DNA of 63,447 nucleotides, the filler included, from Candidatus Rokuibacteriota bacterium (lineage in GTDB: Bacteria > JAUVQV01 > DATDCY01), in NCBI GenBank assembly GCA_031406795.1. It is 5 parts of 5 records of this genome, joined end to end, with 100 filler letters (N's around TTAATTAATTAA, not from the genome) between each part and the next. Parts side by side here need not be neighbours in the genome. Positions count along the whole stretch, not along the records: positions 18,870 to 45,557 come from JANOHV010000227.1; 4 more parts are not named here. One strand, given 5' to 3'. Under the pieces are notes generated by a model, which saw only the letters and a list, made by a program, of their open reading frames with translations, was not told where the DNA came from and did not search any database. Position numbers and translations under genes: made by a program. Within the stretch, counting starts at the first letter, position 1. Each line of letters begins with the position of its first letter. Positions 23,361 through 33,974 of the stretch are shown here, one piece after another.

Positions 23361-24623
23361 CTAGCGCCCCGCCGCGGCGGCGCGGACCGCGTCCCCATCC
23401 TTGAGCGTGAAGCCGCCGCGGATCACGACCTGCTCGGCGGCGCTCAGGCCGGAGGCGATTTCCACCAGCTCGCCCCGCACGCCCCCCGTGGTCACGGCCC
23501 GCCGGCGCGCGGCGCCGCCGTCGACGACGAACAGTGCGGCCGTCCCCGCCTCGCGGTCCCAGGCGAGCAGCGCCGAGCGCGGCACCTGGAGCACCGCCGG
23601 GCGGCGCCCGGTGACGATGCTGCCGGTGACGAAGAGTCCGCCGCGAAGCGCCTCCGGCTCGTTGGCGACCTCGGCGGTGACGCGGACCGCGCGATCGGCC
23701 TCGCCCGCGGCAGGATTGATCCGGCGCACCGTACCGGTGAAGCGCTGCCCGGGCAGCGCGTCGGTCGCGAAAGAGAGTTCCTGGCCGGGCTGCACCCGCG
23801 CCAGTTCGGCAGAGGGGACGATGACCGTCAAATCGAGCAGGCGGTTGTCGACAACGCGGAAGAGGACCCCCTGCATCTCGCCGACGATTTCCCCGACATC
23901 CACGAGGCGCTCGGCGACCGTGCCGTCGAAGGGCGCGCGGATGACGGCCTTCCCGCGGCGCGTCGTCAGCGTGCGCACATCCTCCTCGGCAACGGTGATC
24001 TGCGCGGCGGCGGCGGCCACCTGCGCCTCGGCGGACCTGATCCGCGCCCCCGTGGCGTCCAGCTGGCTCGCGGCCTCGTCGAGCGCCTGCTGGGTGGCGA
24101 GGCCGGCGTCCCTGAGGGCGGCGAGGCGGACCTGCTCGCGGCGGGCGCGATCGGCGGCGACTTGCGCCTCGGCCAGCCCGGCCTGCGCCGCGGCGAGGTT
24201 CGCCCTGGCCAACTCGATCACCGTGCCCGCCTTCGCGAGCAGCGAGTCGATCTCCCGGGTGTCGACCCGGGCCAGCGGGTCGCCGCGGCGCACCCGCACC
24301 CACTCGCCGACGGTGATCTCCTCGACCCTGCCGGAGATTTCCGACTTGATCTCGGCCTGCGTGCGCGGCACCAGCGTGCCGACGACCGCGATCTCGTCGA
24401 CGAGGTCGGCGGGCGTCGCCGCCAGGGTGTCGACGGCAACGCCGGCCGGGGTCGCCGTCGCGGGAGCGTTCGCGGGCGGGGTTTCCGTCTTCGCACCGCA
24501 CCCGGGCAGGCTCAGCGCGATCAGCGACCAGGTGGCGATCAGGACGAACAGGTACCCGATCGGCGGCGTACGATCGCTGCGCCGCGCCGGGGCGTTCTTC
24601 GGCAGTCTGTTTCTGTTGCTCAT
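23361..24623 (-). CDS. RND membrane fusion protein
   Basis: Lipobox LPGC, ISGRVEEI..GEWV, IRAPFDGTV, helical hairpin. Confidence 0.92.
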   Translation of the reverse strand: MSNRNRLPKNAPARRSDRTPPIGYLFVLIATWSLIALSLPGCGAKTETPPANAPATATPAGVAVDTLAATPADLVDEIAVVGTLVPRTQAEIKSEISGRVEEITVGEWVRVRRGDPLARVDTREIDSLLAKAGTVIELARANLAAAQAGLAEAQVAADRARREQVRLAALRDAGLATQQALDEAASQLDATGARIRSAEAQVAAAAAQITVAEEDVRTLTTRRGKAVIRAPFDGTVAERLVDVGEIVGEMQGVLFRVVDNRLLDLTVIVPSAELARVQPGQELSFATDALPGQRFTGTVRRINPAAGEADRAVRVTAEVANEPEALRGGLFVTGSIVTGRRPAVLQVPRSALLAWDREAGTAALFVVDGGAARRRAVTTGGVRGELVEIASGLSAAEQVVIRGGFTLKDGDAVRAAAAGR

Positions 24624-24645
24624 GACGTCAGTGGTCTCCTTGTGG

Positions 24646-25281
24646 TCAGCGTCCGGCGGGCTTGACGCCAGCGAACACGAGGTTCAGGGCCGAGCGGAAC
24701 CCGCGCGGTTTGAGCGCTCGCGCAGGGTCGATCAGATTGGAATCGATGCAGACGGAGAGCAGCCCCGTGATCACCCAGACGAGGTCGGCCGGGGCGACGG
24801 GTTTGAATTCGCCGGAGCGCACCCCCTCCTCGACGAGGCTCAGCAGCGTGGCCTGGATGGTGCGCGGAAACTCGCAGACATCCAGGGCGGGGGCGCCCTG
24901 CGGCGGCGCGTGGTGCACGCCCCGCGTCAGCCGGACGATGCTCAAGTTCTCCAGAGCGTGGCCGACGATCGCTTCGCACAGGCGCGTGATCCGGTCGGCG
25001 ACGGTTCCCTTGTCGCGCTGGAGCGCGGCCTCGAGCGTGGCGCGAAAACTCTCGAGCCCCTCCTCCATCAGGCTGAGGTAGAGGCCCTCCTTGCTCTCGA
25101 AGTGGTAATAGAGTACCGGCTTGGTCACCCTCGCGGCGGCGACGATCTCGCCGACCGAGGTCGCCGCGTACCCCTTGCGATTGAAGAGCTCGGCCGCCTC
25201 GCGCAGCAATCGCGCGCGGGCGCAGCGATCAGGTGCATCCGCCTCGGCGTGCTTCCGGGTCACTGCGCGTCGGACCGACAT
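24646..25281 (-). CDS. TetR-family regulator
   Basis: LFNRKGYAATSVGEIVAAARVTKPVLYYHFESKEGL. Confidence 0.93.
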   Translation of the reverse strand: MSVRRAVTRKHAEADAPDRCARARLLREAAELFNRKGYAATSVGEIVAAARVTKPVLYYHFESKEGLYLSLMEEGLESFRATLEAALQRDKGTVADRITRLCEAIVGHALENLSIVRLTRGVHHAPPQGAPALDVCEFPRTIQATLLSLVEEGVRSGEFKPVAPADLVWVITGLLSVCIDSNLIDPARALKPRGFRSALNLVFAGVKPAGR

Positions 25282-25300
25282 CCGTTCACCCCTTCCGAGC

Positions 25301-25345
25301 TATACCTAACGGTAGGTATATACCGGATGGGGCGCGCTCTGTCAA
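25301..25345 (-). promoter_or_regulatory. Sigma70 promoter with palindromic TetR operator
   Basis: Minus strand TTGACA-N17-TATATA, overlapping the palindrome tatacctaacggtaggtata (25301-25320). Confidence 0.75.
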
Positions 25346-25379
25346 GAACGCGACTGCGCGGGTGCGCGGGGCAGGGGCG

Positions 25380-26474
25380 CTACTTCTCGAACAGCAGCAG
25401 GTAGTCCTCGTAGCCGTCGCGCTCCATCTGCTCCTTCGGGACGAAGCGCAGCGCGGCCGAATTCAGGCAGTAGCGCCGGCCGGCCGGCGGCGGCCCGTCG
25501 GTGAAGACGTGTCCGAGGTGCGAGTCGCCGTAGCGGCTGCGTACCTCGGTGCGCTCCGAGAAGAGGCGGCGGTCCGTCCGCTCGACGACGAGCCCCGGCT
25601 CCAGCGGCCGCGAGAAGCTCGGCCAGCCGGTGCCGGAATCGTACTTGTCGCGCGAGGAGAAGAGCGGCTCGCCCGAGACGACGTCCACGTAGATCCCCTC
25701 GCGGTGGTTGTCGTGGTACTCGTTCTGAAAGGCCGGCTCCGTCCCCTCCTGCTGCGTCACCTCGAACTGCAGCGGGGTGAGTCTGCCTTTCAGCTCGTCC
25801 CGGGACGGCTTGACAAAGGCGTGCCACGCGGCGGCGCGCGGAGGCGGGTCGACGTCCGCGAGGCCGCGCTCTTTCCCCCAGGCCTTGTCGAGGAACTCAT
25901 CGCGTCCCGAACCCCAGCGGTAGTATTTGTAGCGGACGGGGTTCTTCTTGTAGTAGTCCTGATGGTACTCCTCCGCGGGCCAGAACTTGCCGGCCGGCAG
26001 GATCTCCGTCACGAGCGGCTTGTCGAAACGCCGTGACCCGGCGAGTTTCGCCTTCGATTCTTCGGCCAGTCGTTTCTGCTCCCCGGTCGCATAGAAGATC
26101 GCGGCGCGGTACTGGCTCCCGCGATCGACGAACTGCCCCCCGGCGTCGGTGGGGTCCACCTGCCGCCAGAAGATCTCGAGCAGACGGGCGTAGCCGACCT
26201 TGGCGGTGTCGAAGCGGACCTGCACCGCCTCGACGTGCCCGGTCGTTCCGGCCGAGACCTCCTTGTACGCCGGGTTCTCCGTCGTTCCGCCGGTGTACCC
26301 GGAAACCACGGCGCCGACCCCGGGGATCTTCTCGAACGCGGACTCGATGCACCAGAAGCAGCCGCCCGCGAAGACCGCGGTCTCCTCCGGGGGAGTCGCG
26401 GGCGCCCGCCGCGCGGTGAGCGCGAACAGCACCGGCAGAGCCAGGATGCCGAGAATCCCGATCTTCAACGTCAT
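25380..26474 (-). CDS. msrAB: Exported bifunctional methionine sulfoxide reductase MsrA-MsrB
   Basis: [43 protein letters not shown]; signal peptide. Confidence 0.93.
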   Translation of the reverse strand: MTLKIGILGILALPVLFALTARRAPATPPEETAVFAGGCFWCIESAFEKIPGVGAVVSGYTGGTTENPAYKEVSAGTTGHVEAVQVRFDTAKVGYARLLEIFWRQVDPTDAGGQFVDRGSQYRAAIFYATGEQKRLAEESKAKLAGSRRFDKPLVTEILPAGKFWPAEEYHQDYYKKNPVRYKYYRWGSGRDEFLDKAWGKERGLADVDPPPRAAAWHAFVKPSRDELKGRLTPLQFEVTQQEGTEPAFQNEYHDNHREGIYVDVVSGEPLFSSRDKYDSGTGWPSFSRPLEPGLVVERTDRRLFSERTEVRSRYGDSHLGHVFTDGPPPAGRRYCLNSAALRFVPKEQMERDGYEDYLLLFEK

Positions 26475-26495
26475 GTCCTCCGCCCGGCGCGCCCG

Positions 26496-29300
26496 TTACG
26501 GGACTGCCGGCTTTGCGGCCGCGGCGCCGGAGGCGGCCACGGCCTCCACGCTGCGGCGGTGGACGTAGAGGACTTTCTGCGCCGGGATATCCTTGTCGTC
26601 GCGGGCGATGATCACGACCCGGTTCGAACCGTTTTCGAGCGGCACCGTCAGGGTCAGCGGGAACGGCGCGGTTCCCTCGCGGTTGCGCGCGTAGGTCAGC
26701 TTCTTCTCGCCACGGTAAACGACGATATCCTTGACGCTGCCGTCGTCGGTCGTGCTCAGCGAGAGCGTGAGCTGCGCCGCGTCGGTCACGAGCGGCATCG
26801 GCTCGACGAGGATGATCCGCGGGGGCACGCGCGACTCAACGGCGCGGTAGGGCGCGTTCGTCGGGATTTCGAAGCCGTCCATCAGGTAGCCCCCGGCGGC
26901 GCGGTCGGTGAAGCTCAGGCCGACCCTGACCTTGCCGGACTCCAGCGGGCGGATGACCTTGAACGAGAAAGGCGCGATCTGCGCCGAACTGGTCGCGAAC
27001 TTCTCGATCTTGCAGCGCGCCTCCTCGAGATAGAGTTCCTCCTTCTCGTCGGCGCTCAGGTTGATCTCGAGCAGCGGGCTCTCGGCCTGGCCGCAGTTGG
27101 TCACTTCGACGGAGATCTTCGCCCGCTCGCCCTCCTCGAGACGCCCGTCGCCGTTCTTGGACTTGTCCTTGAGGTTCTCGTCGGTGATGGTGTAGCGGTA
27201 GGCATACTCCGGCGACGGCCGGGACTTGGTTTCGATGCTCCCGCCCGACACGGTGACCGGACCGGCGCCGTTCGCCTGCAGAATCAGCGACAGGGTGTCC
27301 CAGCGCTCCTCGACCGCGCCGGGGACCTCGAACGGCGCGGTCCACTCGCGCGTCTGTCCGGGGGCGAGCGTGCCGAAGGCGAAGTCGATGTTCTTCAGCA
27401 GCGGGTTCGTGGAGAGCGTGCGGCCCCAGACGTGGTGCAGGGTCTCGCCGCCGGTGTTGGTGACCGCGACGGTGATGCCGGTTTTCTCGCCGGCTTTGAG
27501 CACCTGCCCCTGCGGCAGACGGGCGACGAGCTTGGCCGTCGCCCCGGCCGCGGCGTTCCCGGCGGTCCAGTCGATGGTGCAGGCCGCGAGCGCCGCGCCG
27601 ATCTTCTTCTCCTCCTCCGGCACGGACGCCGCCATGACCTCCTGCGCCACTTTGAGCAGGCCGGCGCGGGTGGCCGCATCCTGCCGGCCCCGGGCGGCGC
27701 CGAGGATGCGACGCGCAAGGCGCACCTCGAACTCGGCGGCGAGCTTGGCGGCCTTCTCCTGCTCGGTGGGTTCGCGGCGCTCCTCGCGCTTCTTCGTCAT
27801 CTTGTCGTGCTCGCGGTCCTCGGTTCGCAGGAAGCGCTGCGAGGCGACGGCCTCGCGCCGCGAGTTACCCCAATCCGAGAAGGCGTTCTCGAGGTCGGAC
27901 TCGCCCATGTGGCTCTTCACCGCCGCCAGCTGGAGCCGCTCCGCGCTCACCAGCACCGGGTCGAGCACGATGTCCGGTTCGACGCCGATGGACTGGATGC
28001 TGACTTCTCCGGGGGTGAGGTACTGGGCCACCGTCAGCAGCACGCCGCCGCCGTCGGAGAGCGGGAAGGCCTGCTGGACCGAGCCCTTGCCGAAGGTCCG
28101 CTCGCCGATGAGCAGCGCGCGCTTGTCCTGCAGGGCGGCCGAAACGATCTCGGAGGCGGAGGCGCTGCCGCGGTTCACGAGCAGGATCAGCGGCAGGCGG
28201 GTGAAGGGCCGGTCGAAGCGGCCGGCGGCGTCGACCTTCCCGCGGCCGGAGCGGTTGCGCGTGGAGACGATTGCCCCCTCCTCGAGGAAGCCGTCGGCGA
28301 GCTTGACCGCCTCGTCGAGCAGCCCGCCCGGGTTGTCGCGCATGTCGAGGATGACGCCGGCCGTGGCGGGGGTCTCGAGCTTGCGGATCGCGGCCGCCAG
28401 CTCCGCGCTGGTGTCGGTCTGGAAATTCTTCACGCGGGCGTAAACCACCGGCGGCCCGTCCTCGCCCGTGAGCAGCCGGCTCTCGACGCTGATGATCTTG
28501 ATGATCTCCCGGACGATCGGGAAGTCGCGCGGCTCGTTCCAGCCTTCGCGCGCCACGGTCAGGGTCACCGGTGTCCCCGGCTCCCCGCGCATCCGGCCGA
28601 CCGCCGTGTCGGAGGACATGTTCGTGGTCGGCACGCCGTCGATGAAGACGATCTTGTCGCCACTCTGGAGCCCGGCGCGCGCGGCCGGCGTGTCCGGGAT
28701 CGGGGAGATGATCGTCAACTCGCCGTCCAGGGCGTTGAAGGTGAAGCCGATGCCGCCGAAACTCCCGCTCGTCGAGGTCTTGAACTCCTTGAAGTGTTTG
28801 GTGCTGAAGATGTTGGTGTGCGGGTCCAGCTCGCGCAGGGCGCCGTTGACGGCCAGGTAGAGCAGCTTGTCCTTTTCGACGTCGGCGCCGAGGCGCTCGG
28901 CGACAAAACCAACCACCTGGTCGAGCGCCCGGGCGATGTCCGCGGTGCCCGCCAGGACCGAGAGGTCGAAGCTGCGGTCGAAGCCGCGCGCCCGCACGGT
29001 AACCATCTTCTTGTCCGGCGCCAGATCGACGATGACCTCGGGGTATTGCGACTCCACCGCGCGGAAGGCGCTCTCCAGCAGCTTCATCGGCACGACGCGT
29101 TTGGGGTCGACGTAAAAGGCGTCGATGTACATGAAAGCCTGATTGCAGACCGATTGCGAAGAGCCTGCCTGTCCGGCGACCGCGCCGGCCTTTCCCCCCA
29201 TCCCGGGACCGAACGCGGGCAATGGGGCAACCTTCAGCAAAACGACCAGAGCCGCGACGGCGGCGACGCCGATCCAGGCGGACTTCCTCACTGCAGCCAT
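26496..29300 (-). CDS. S41 C-terminal processing protease with PDZ and C-terminal Ig-like domains (MXAN_5808-like)
   Basis: LDPHT, FGGIG, DMRDNPGGLL, SASASEIV, TFGKGSVQ, plus a long C-terminal extension. Confidence 0.88.
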   Translation of the reverse strand: MAAVRKSAWIGVAAVAALVVLLKVAPLPAFGPGMGGKAGAVAGQAGSSQSVCNQAFMYIDAFYVDPKRVVPMKLLESAFRAVESQYPEVIVDLAPDKKMVTVRARGFDRSFDLSVLAGTADIARALDQVVGFVAERLGADVEKDKLLYLAVNGALRELDPHTNIFSTKHFKEFKTSTSGSFGGIGFTFNALDGELTIISPIPDTPAARAGLQSGDKIVFIDGVPTTNMSSDTAVGRMRGEPGTPVTLTVAREGWNEPRDFPIVREIIKIISVESRLLTGEDGPPVVYARVKNFQTDTSAELAAAIRKLETPATAGVILDMRDNPGGLLDEAVKLADGFLEEGAIVSTRNRSGRGKVDAAGRFDRPFTRLPLILLVNRGSASASEIVSAALQDKRALLIGERTFGKGSVQQAFPLSDGGGVLLTVAQYLTPGEVSIQSIGVEPDIVLDPVLVSAERLQLAAVKSHMGESDLENAFSDWGNSRREAVASQRFLRTEDREHDKMTKKREERREPTEQEKAAKLAAEFEVRLARRILGAARGRQDAATRAGLLKVAQEVMAASVPEEEKKIGAALAACTIDWTAGNAAAGATAKLVARLPQGQVLKAGEKTGITVAVTNTGGETLHHVWGRTLSTNPLLKNIDFAFGTLAPGQTREWTAPFEVPGAVEERWDTLSLILQANGAGPVTVSGGSIETKSRPSPEYAYRYTITDENLKDKSKNGDGRLEEGERAKISVEVTNCGQAESPLLEINLSADEKEELYLEEARCKIEKFATSSAQIAPFSFKVIRPLESGKVRVGLSFTDRAAGGYLMDGFEIPTNAPYRAVESRVPPRIILVEPMPLVTDAAQLTLSLSTTDDGSVKDIVVYRGEKKLTYARNREGTAPFPLTLTVPLENGSNRVVIIARDDKDIPAQKVLYVHRRSVEAVAASGAAAAKPAVP

Positions 29301-29394
29301 CACTTCTCCTTTGCTGGTCTTATTCGCGTCATTCCCGCGTTTCATCATCCCCTTCGTACCATAGATGCGCCGCGGGGGGAATGAGTTCCCGGAT

Positions 29395-29877
29395 TCACGG
29401 GGCCTCTTCGGGGTGGATCGCGGGGATCGACTCGACGAGGTGCTCCACGGCCCAGCGGGCGTCGGCGTTGAAGACCGCGGTCATCAGGAACCAGGAGAGC
29501 GCGCCCAGTCCGGCGGGCGCGAGCAGGGGCAGAAGGCTGCGGCTGGCGTCCCGCGCATGGGCGAGGATGATCAGGGCGGCGAGCGCGGCGAGGAACGCCA
29601 GCCAGATCCCCATGAAGGCGACGACGGTCCCGGGGGGGCTCAGGCGCAGGCATACTCGCGTGCCGCCTCCCGGGGTCGGGCGGAAGCCGGCGCGCAGCAA
29701 GGGCATGACCGTGCTGCGGAATTCGTTCAGGCGGGTGATGACGAACCCGCTGGTCGAGACTGTTCCGGTGAAACGTGCCGCAGGCCCGTCGCCGACGACG
29801 TTGCGCAGCAGATCGGCCAGGGTTTCGGGGGGAAGATCGGCGGCGAGGACGACGACCCGGACAGGCAGCAGATTCAT
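29395..29877 (-). CDS. Hypothetical membrane protein
   Basis: Two hydrophobic helices; TACAAT -10 box shortly upstream. Confidence 0.55.
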   Translation of the reverse strand: MNLLPVRVVVLAADLPPETLADLLRNVVGDGPAARFTGTVSTSGFVITRLNEFRSTVMPLLRAGFRPTPGGGTRVCLRLSPPGTVVAFMGIWLAFLAALAALIILAHARDASRSLLPLLAPAGLGALSWFLMTAVFNADARWAVEHLVESIPAIHPEEAP

Positions 29878-29969
29878 GGCGAAACTATTGTAATACCAAG
29901 AGAGCCACGAGGGGACAGATTCTCGAGCGGTCCCGGTTGTCATCGGTCACCCCTACCCCTGTTGTAACG

Positions 29970-29998
29970 TTGACATATTGATGACTGATGATTATGTT
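29970..29998 (+). promoter_or_regulatory. Sigma70 promoter of vapBC (probably leaderless)
   Basis: TTGACA-N17-TATGTT, 7 nt before the ATG. Repeated TGACATAT could be the antitoxin operator. Confidence 0.65.
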
Positions 29999-30005
29999 CT
30001 GACAT

Positions 30006-30248
30006 ATGCGAACGACAATCCGTCTTGATGACCGGCTCATGGCAGCGGCCAAGCGGCGCGCGGCCGAAACCGGGCGCACGTTCACCGCGGTGGTGGAAGA
30101 TGCCCTGCGCCAGAGTCTTGCGCCGGTCCGCGCTCCCGCAAATCGCACACCGGTGAAACTTCGGACCGTGAACGGCCGCGGCGTGCGGCCGGGCGTTGAC
30201 CTCGACGATTCCGCGACCTTGCTCGACCTGATGGAATCGCCGCGTTGA
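30006..30248 (+). CDS. vapB: VapB-type RHH antitoxin
   Basis: MRTTIRLDDRLMAAAKRRAAETGRTFTAVVEDALR; overlaps the PIN gene. Confidence 0.85.
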   Translation: MRTTIRLDDRLMAAAKRRAAETGRTFTAVVEDALRQSLAPVRAPANRTPVKLRTVNGRGVRPGVDLDDSATLLDLMESPR

Positions 30249-30676
30249 TTCTGCCGGATGTCAACATCATCGTCCACGCACACCGCGAAGATTCGGAGCA
30301 ACACCCGGTGTGCGCGCACTGGTTGCGGCAGGTGCTCGACGACGAACAAGCGTACGGCATGTCGGAATTGGTCCTCAGCGGCTTCGTGAGGATCGTGACC
30401 CACCCGAAGATTTTTTCTGATCCCAGTCCGCTCGCCGATGCGTTGGCGTTCGCGGAGCAGGTGCGCAGCCAGCCGCACTGCGTCATTCTGAGGCCGGGGG
30501 ACCGCCACTGGGAGATCTTTAGCCGCCTCTGCCGCGAGGCGGGTGCGCGAGGGAATCTCGTCCCGGACGCCTATCTCGCGGCCCTCGCGATCGAGTCGGG
30601 CAGCGAGTGGATCAGCATGGATCGGGACTTCAGCCGTTTCAAGGGGCTGCGCTGGCGTCATCCCGCCGACGCCTGA
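30245..30676 (+). CDS. vapC: VapC PIN-domain toxin
   Basis: ILPDVNII, RGNLVPDAYLAALAIE, SMDRDFSRF. Confidence 0.9.
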   Translation: MILPDVNIIVHAHREDSEQHPVCAHWLRQVLDDEQAYGMSELVLSGFVRIVTHPKIFSDPSPLADALAFAEQVRSQPHCVILRPGDRHWEIFSRLCREAGARGNLVPDAYLAALAIESGSEWISMDRDFSRFKGLRWRHPADA

Positions 30677-30887
30677 ATTGAGATATACCCATTTCTCTCG
30701 GTCCGCCTTCAGTCCAGGGTTTATGAATACCGTCATCGCCGGCCTCGTGCCAAGATCGGTACAGCATAGTGATCGAATGAAATCCCTCACTTAACACTAC
30801 AGCGAATCTTTCTCCTGCTCGCTGCCGTGAAGCGCTTCGCGGAGAGGTTGTATCAGGCCCGGGCCGGGGGTGTAGAATGAATCAGAT

Positions 30888-33800
30888 ATGAATATTTTCA
30901 TCGCCGCCCTCGCCGGTTTGTGCGCTTCCAAGCCGCTCGAGGAGAAACGGCTGATCGCGCCGTCTCGCCGCGTTGGCAACCAGTGGCTGGATGCCGCGGC
31001 GCGCGCCGGGCAGCCCGTGCTCAACGCCCGCGTCGAGACGTTGCGTTCGCTCGCCGTCGAGCTGGCAGCCCCGGCGCTCGCGAACGACGGCCTGACGGTC
31101 GCGCCGCGCCGCGCCGAGCAGTTGCTGGCCGATCGGGTGCTGCGCGCCATGCTGCTGGAGGGAAGGCTGCCCTTTCTGAGCCAGGCCAGGCCGGGCGCGG
31201 GTCTGGCCGCGACCGTGTTGGCGAGCCTCGCCGAGTTGCGGCGGGAGGGCGTCCCCGAGGATCGCCTGCGCGACGGCGTGTTCGAGGATGGCGCCAAGAG
31301 CGCCGATCTGCGTCTTCTGGCCGGAGAATACGGCCGGCTGCTTGCCGCGGAGGGGCTCGCCGACTACGCCCTGGTGCTGCGCCTCGCCGCCGAGCGCCTC
31401 GCCGCCGACCCCGCCGCTCTCGGGCGCGACACGCTGGTGCTGATCCCGGAGGACGCCGCGCCGAACGGGCTGGAGCGCCGTTTGATCGCCGCGATCCCCG
31501 CGGGCCGGCTCCTGCGGCTCGCGGTCGATCCTCCGGGGCTTCCCGAACAGGTCGGGTTCTCCCGCGCCGTCGGCGAGCGCAACGAGGTGCGCTCCGTGCT
31601 GCGCCGGTGTCTCGAATCGGGCACGCCGCTCGACGAGGTCGAAATTCTCTACACGGACAGCGCCTACGCGCTGGTGCTGTCCGAGACGTTTGCCGCCATC
31701 GATCGCCCCGGCTTCGAGCCGGGCGACGAGGCCGCGGTCACCTTCGCGGAGGGGCTGCCTTGCGCCCTGTCGCGCCCCGGCCGCGGCCTGAGCGGGTGGC
31801 TGCGCTGGATGAGCGAGGGGTACCCGCAGGCGGCCCTGGTGACCATGGTCCGCGAGGGGCTGATCGAGACCGGCGAGACCGGCGAGGGACGAATCGGCTT
31901 TTCGCGCCTCGCCGCCGTGCTGCGGGCGGTCCCGATCGGCCAGGAGCGCGGGCGCTATCTTCCCCGGATCGACGAGCGCATCGCCGCCGCGCGCTCCCGT
32001 CTCGAGAGCGAAGCGACCGCAGACACCGGCGATGGCGAAGGCGACCCCGGCTACGAGCCGGAGGTGCGCTGCGAGCGGCTCGCGCGCACGATCGGCGAAC
32101 TCGTGCTGATCCGTGACCTGGCGGATCGGCTGCTGGGGCTTGCGCCGCCCGCGGGCGCAGGCGGGGCCGAGCTGGTCGCGGCCGCGCGGAAGTTCCTCGC
32201 GACCTGCTCCCGCAGCGCCGGGCGCTTCGACAGCTTCGCGGCCGAGAAGCTCCGCGAGGAACTCGACGTCATGGCGCACTGGCTCGCGCGGGCCGGGGGC
32301 ATGAGTGCCGTCGATGTCCGCGACTGGCTTCTGGAGCTCCCCGCCGCCGCCCGCGTCGGCGGCAGCGGGCCGCGGCCGGGCTGCCTGCACGCCGACCATG
32401 TGCGGTCCGGGGGGCACTCCGGGCGCCCGCACACGATGATCGTCGGCCTCGACGATGGTCGGTTTCCCGGCGCGGGCCTGCAGGACCCGCTGCTGCTCGA
32501 CAGCGAACGGGCGCAGCTCGATTCCGCCATGCCGACCGCCGGGCGACGCCTGGAGGAGACCGTCCAGGGGTTCAAGCGGCTGCTCGGGCGGCTGCGCGGC
32601 GCCGTCACGCTCAGCTGGCCGGCGCGCGACGTGGTCGAGGACAGCGAATGCTTCGCGAGTCAGGTCGTCCTGGACGCGTTCAGGCTGGCGCGCGCGGCGC
32701 CGGAGGCCGACCAGGCCGACCTGGTCCGCGCCGCGGGGCCGCCGGCCTCGTTCGCGCCGGAGACCCCGGAACGGGCGCTCGACCTCGGCGAGTGGTGGCT
32801 CTGGCGCTTCACCGGGGACGAAGTTGTGGACAATGCCGGCGAGCTTCTCGCGTGGCGCGCTCCGCACCTGGTCCGCGGGCTCGACGCGGCGGCTCGACGC
32901 GCGGACGCGGCGTTCACCGCGTGGGACGGGCGGGTGCCGCTCGCCGGCGCCGATCTCGACCCGACCGCGCCGGGAGGCAAGGTGCTCTCCTCGAACGGGC
33001 TGGAGACAACGGGCGCCTGCCCGCGCCGGTTCTTCTACCGCTACGCGCTTGAAATCGCCCCTCCTGAAGAACTCATCGTCGACCCGGAGCGCTGGCTCGA
33101 CCCGCTGCTCACCGGTTCGCTGCTTCACGAGTTGTTCGAGGAGTACGTGCGCGAGATCGTCGGCACCGGGTGGCCGGCGGACTACGCCCGCGGCCGCAAG
33201 CTGATCCTCGGCCTGCTGGAGAAGAAGCTGGCCCGGTGTCTCGCCACGCACCCGTCGCCTTCGCCGGCGGCTTTCGCCAGCGAGCGCGAGCAGCTCGTGC
33301 TGGCGGCCGAGACCCTGGTGCGCGAGGAGGAGCGACACGCCCTCGCGACCGGCAGCGAACCGGTCTACGTCGAGGCTTCGCTCGGGATGCCGCCGGGCGA
33401 GCACGGCACCGCGATCGACCACCCCGAGCCGATTATCGTCGCCCTTCCCGGCGGGCGGGAGATCCGCGTCCGCGGGCGCGTGGACCGCATCGATAGCACC
33501 GGCGGCGGCTGGGCGATCTGGGACTACAAGACCGGGGGCACCTGGGGGTACGATCGCGCCGACCCCTTCCCCGAGGGGCGCAAGATCCAGCCGTACCTGT
33601 ACTTCAGGATGGTGGAGCGGCGCCTGCGCGACACGGTCGGCCCGCAGGCCGCGGTGCGCTCGTTCGGCTACTTCTTCCCGGGCGCCAGGGGGCGGGGGGA
33701 ACGCATCGGCTGGGATGCCGGGCGACTCGCGTCGGGCGCGGAGGTCCTCGGCCGTCTCTGCCGCATCATCGCTTCGGGGGCGTTCGCCGCGACGACCGAC

Positions 33801-33974
33801 GCGGACAAGGACTGCCGCCACTGCGATTACCGCACCGCGTGCGGCGACGTCGTGGCGCAGGCCGCCGCGTCCCGGCGCAAGATCCGGGCCGGCGAGCCGC
33901 TGCTGGAGCCGCTGGCGGCGTTGCGCGCGGGGAGTCTCGGCAGAGCGGCCGGCCGCCGGGAGGACGAGGAATGA
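30888..33974 (+). CDS. addB: AddB-like helicase/nuclease subunit B (PD-(D/E)xK, Fe-S staple)
   Basis: ACPRRFF, GSLLHELFE, GRVDRID, WDYKTG, CRHCDYRTAC. Coupled to an addA-like gene. Confidence 0.8.
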   Translation: MNIFIAALAGLCASKPLEEKRLIAPSRRVGNQWLDAAARAGQPVLNARVETLRSLAVELAAPALANDGLTVAPRRAEQLLADRVLRAMLLEGRLPFLSQARPGAGLAATVLASLAELRREGVPEDRLRDGVFEDGAKSADLRLLAGEYGRLLAAEGLADYALVLRLAAERLAADPAALGRDTLVLIPEDAAPNGLERRLIAAIPAGRLLRLAVDPPGLPEQVGFSRAVGERNEVRSVLRRCLESGTPLDEVEILYTDSAYALVLSETFAAIDRPGFEPGDEAAVTFAEGLPCALSRPGRGLSGWLRWMSEGYPQAALVTMVREGLIETGETGEGRIGFSRLAAVLRAVPIGQERGRYLPRIDERIAAARSRLESEATADTGDGEGDPGYEPEVRCERLARTIGELVLIRDLADRLLGLAPPAGAGGAELVAAARKFLATCSRSAGRFDSFAAEKLREELDVMAHWLARAGGMSAVDVRDWLLELPAAARVGGSGPRPGCLHADHVRSGGHSGRPHTMIVGLDDGRFPGAGLQDPLLLDSERAQLDSAMPTAGRRLEETVQGFKRLLGRLRGAVTLSWPARDVVEDSECFASQVVLDAFRLARAAPEADQADLVRAAGPPASFAPETPERALDLGEWWLWRFTGDEVVDNAGELLAWRAPHLVRGLDAAARRADAAFTAWDGRVPLAGADLDPTAPGGKVLSSNGLETTGACPRRFFYRYALEIAPPEELIVDPERWLDPLLTGSLLHELFEEYVREIVGTGWPADYARGRKLILGLLEKKLARCLATHPSPSPAAFASEREQLVLAAETLVREEERHALATGSEPVYVEASLGMPPGEHGTAIDHPEPIIVALPGGREIRVRGRVDRIDSTGGGWAIWDYKTGGTWGYDRADPFPEGRKIQPYLYFRMVERRLRDTVGPQAAVRSFGYFFPGARGRGERIGWDAGRLASGAEVLGRLCRIIASGAFAATTDADKDCRHCDYRTACGDVVAQAAASRRKIRAGEPLLEPLAALRAGSLGRAAGRREDEE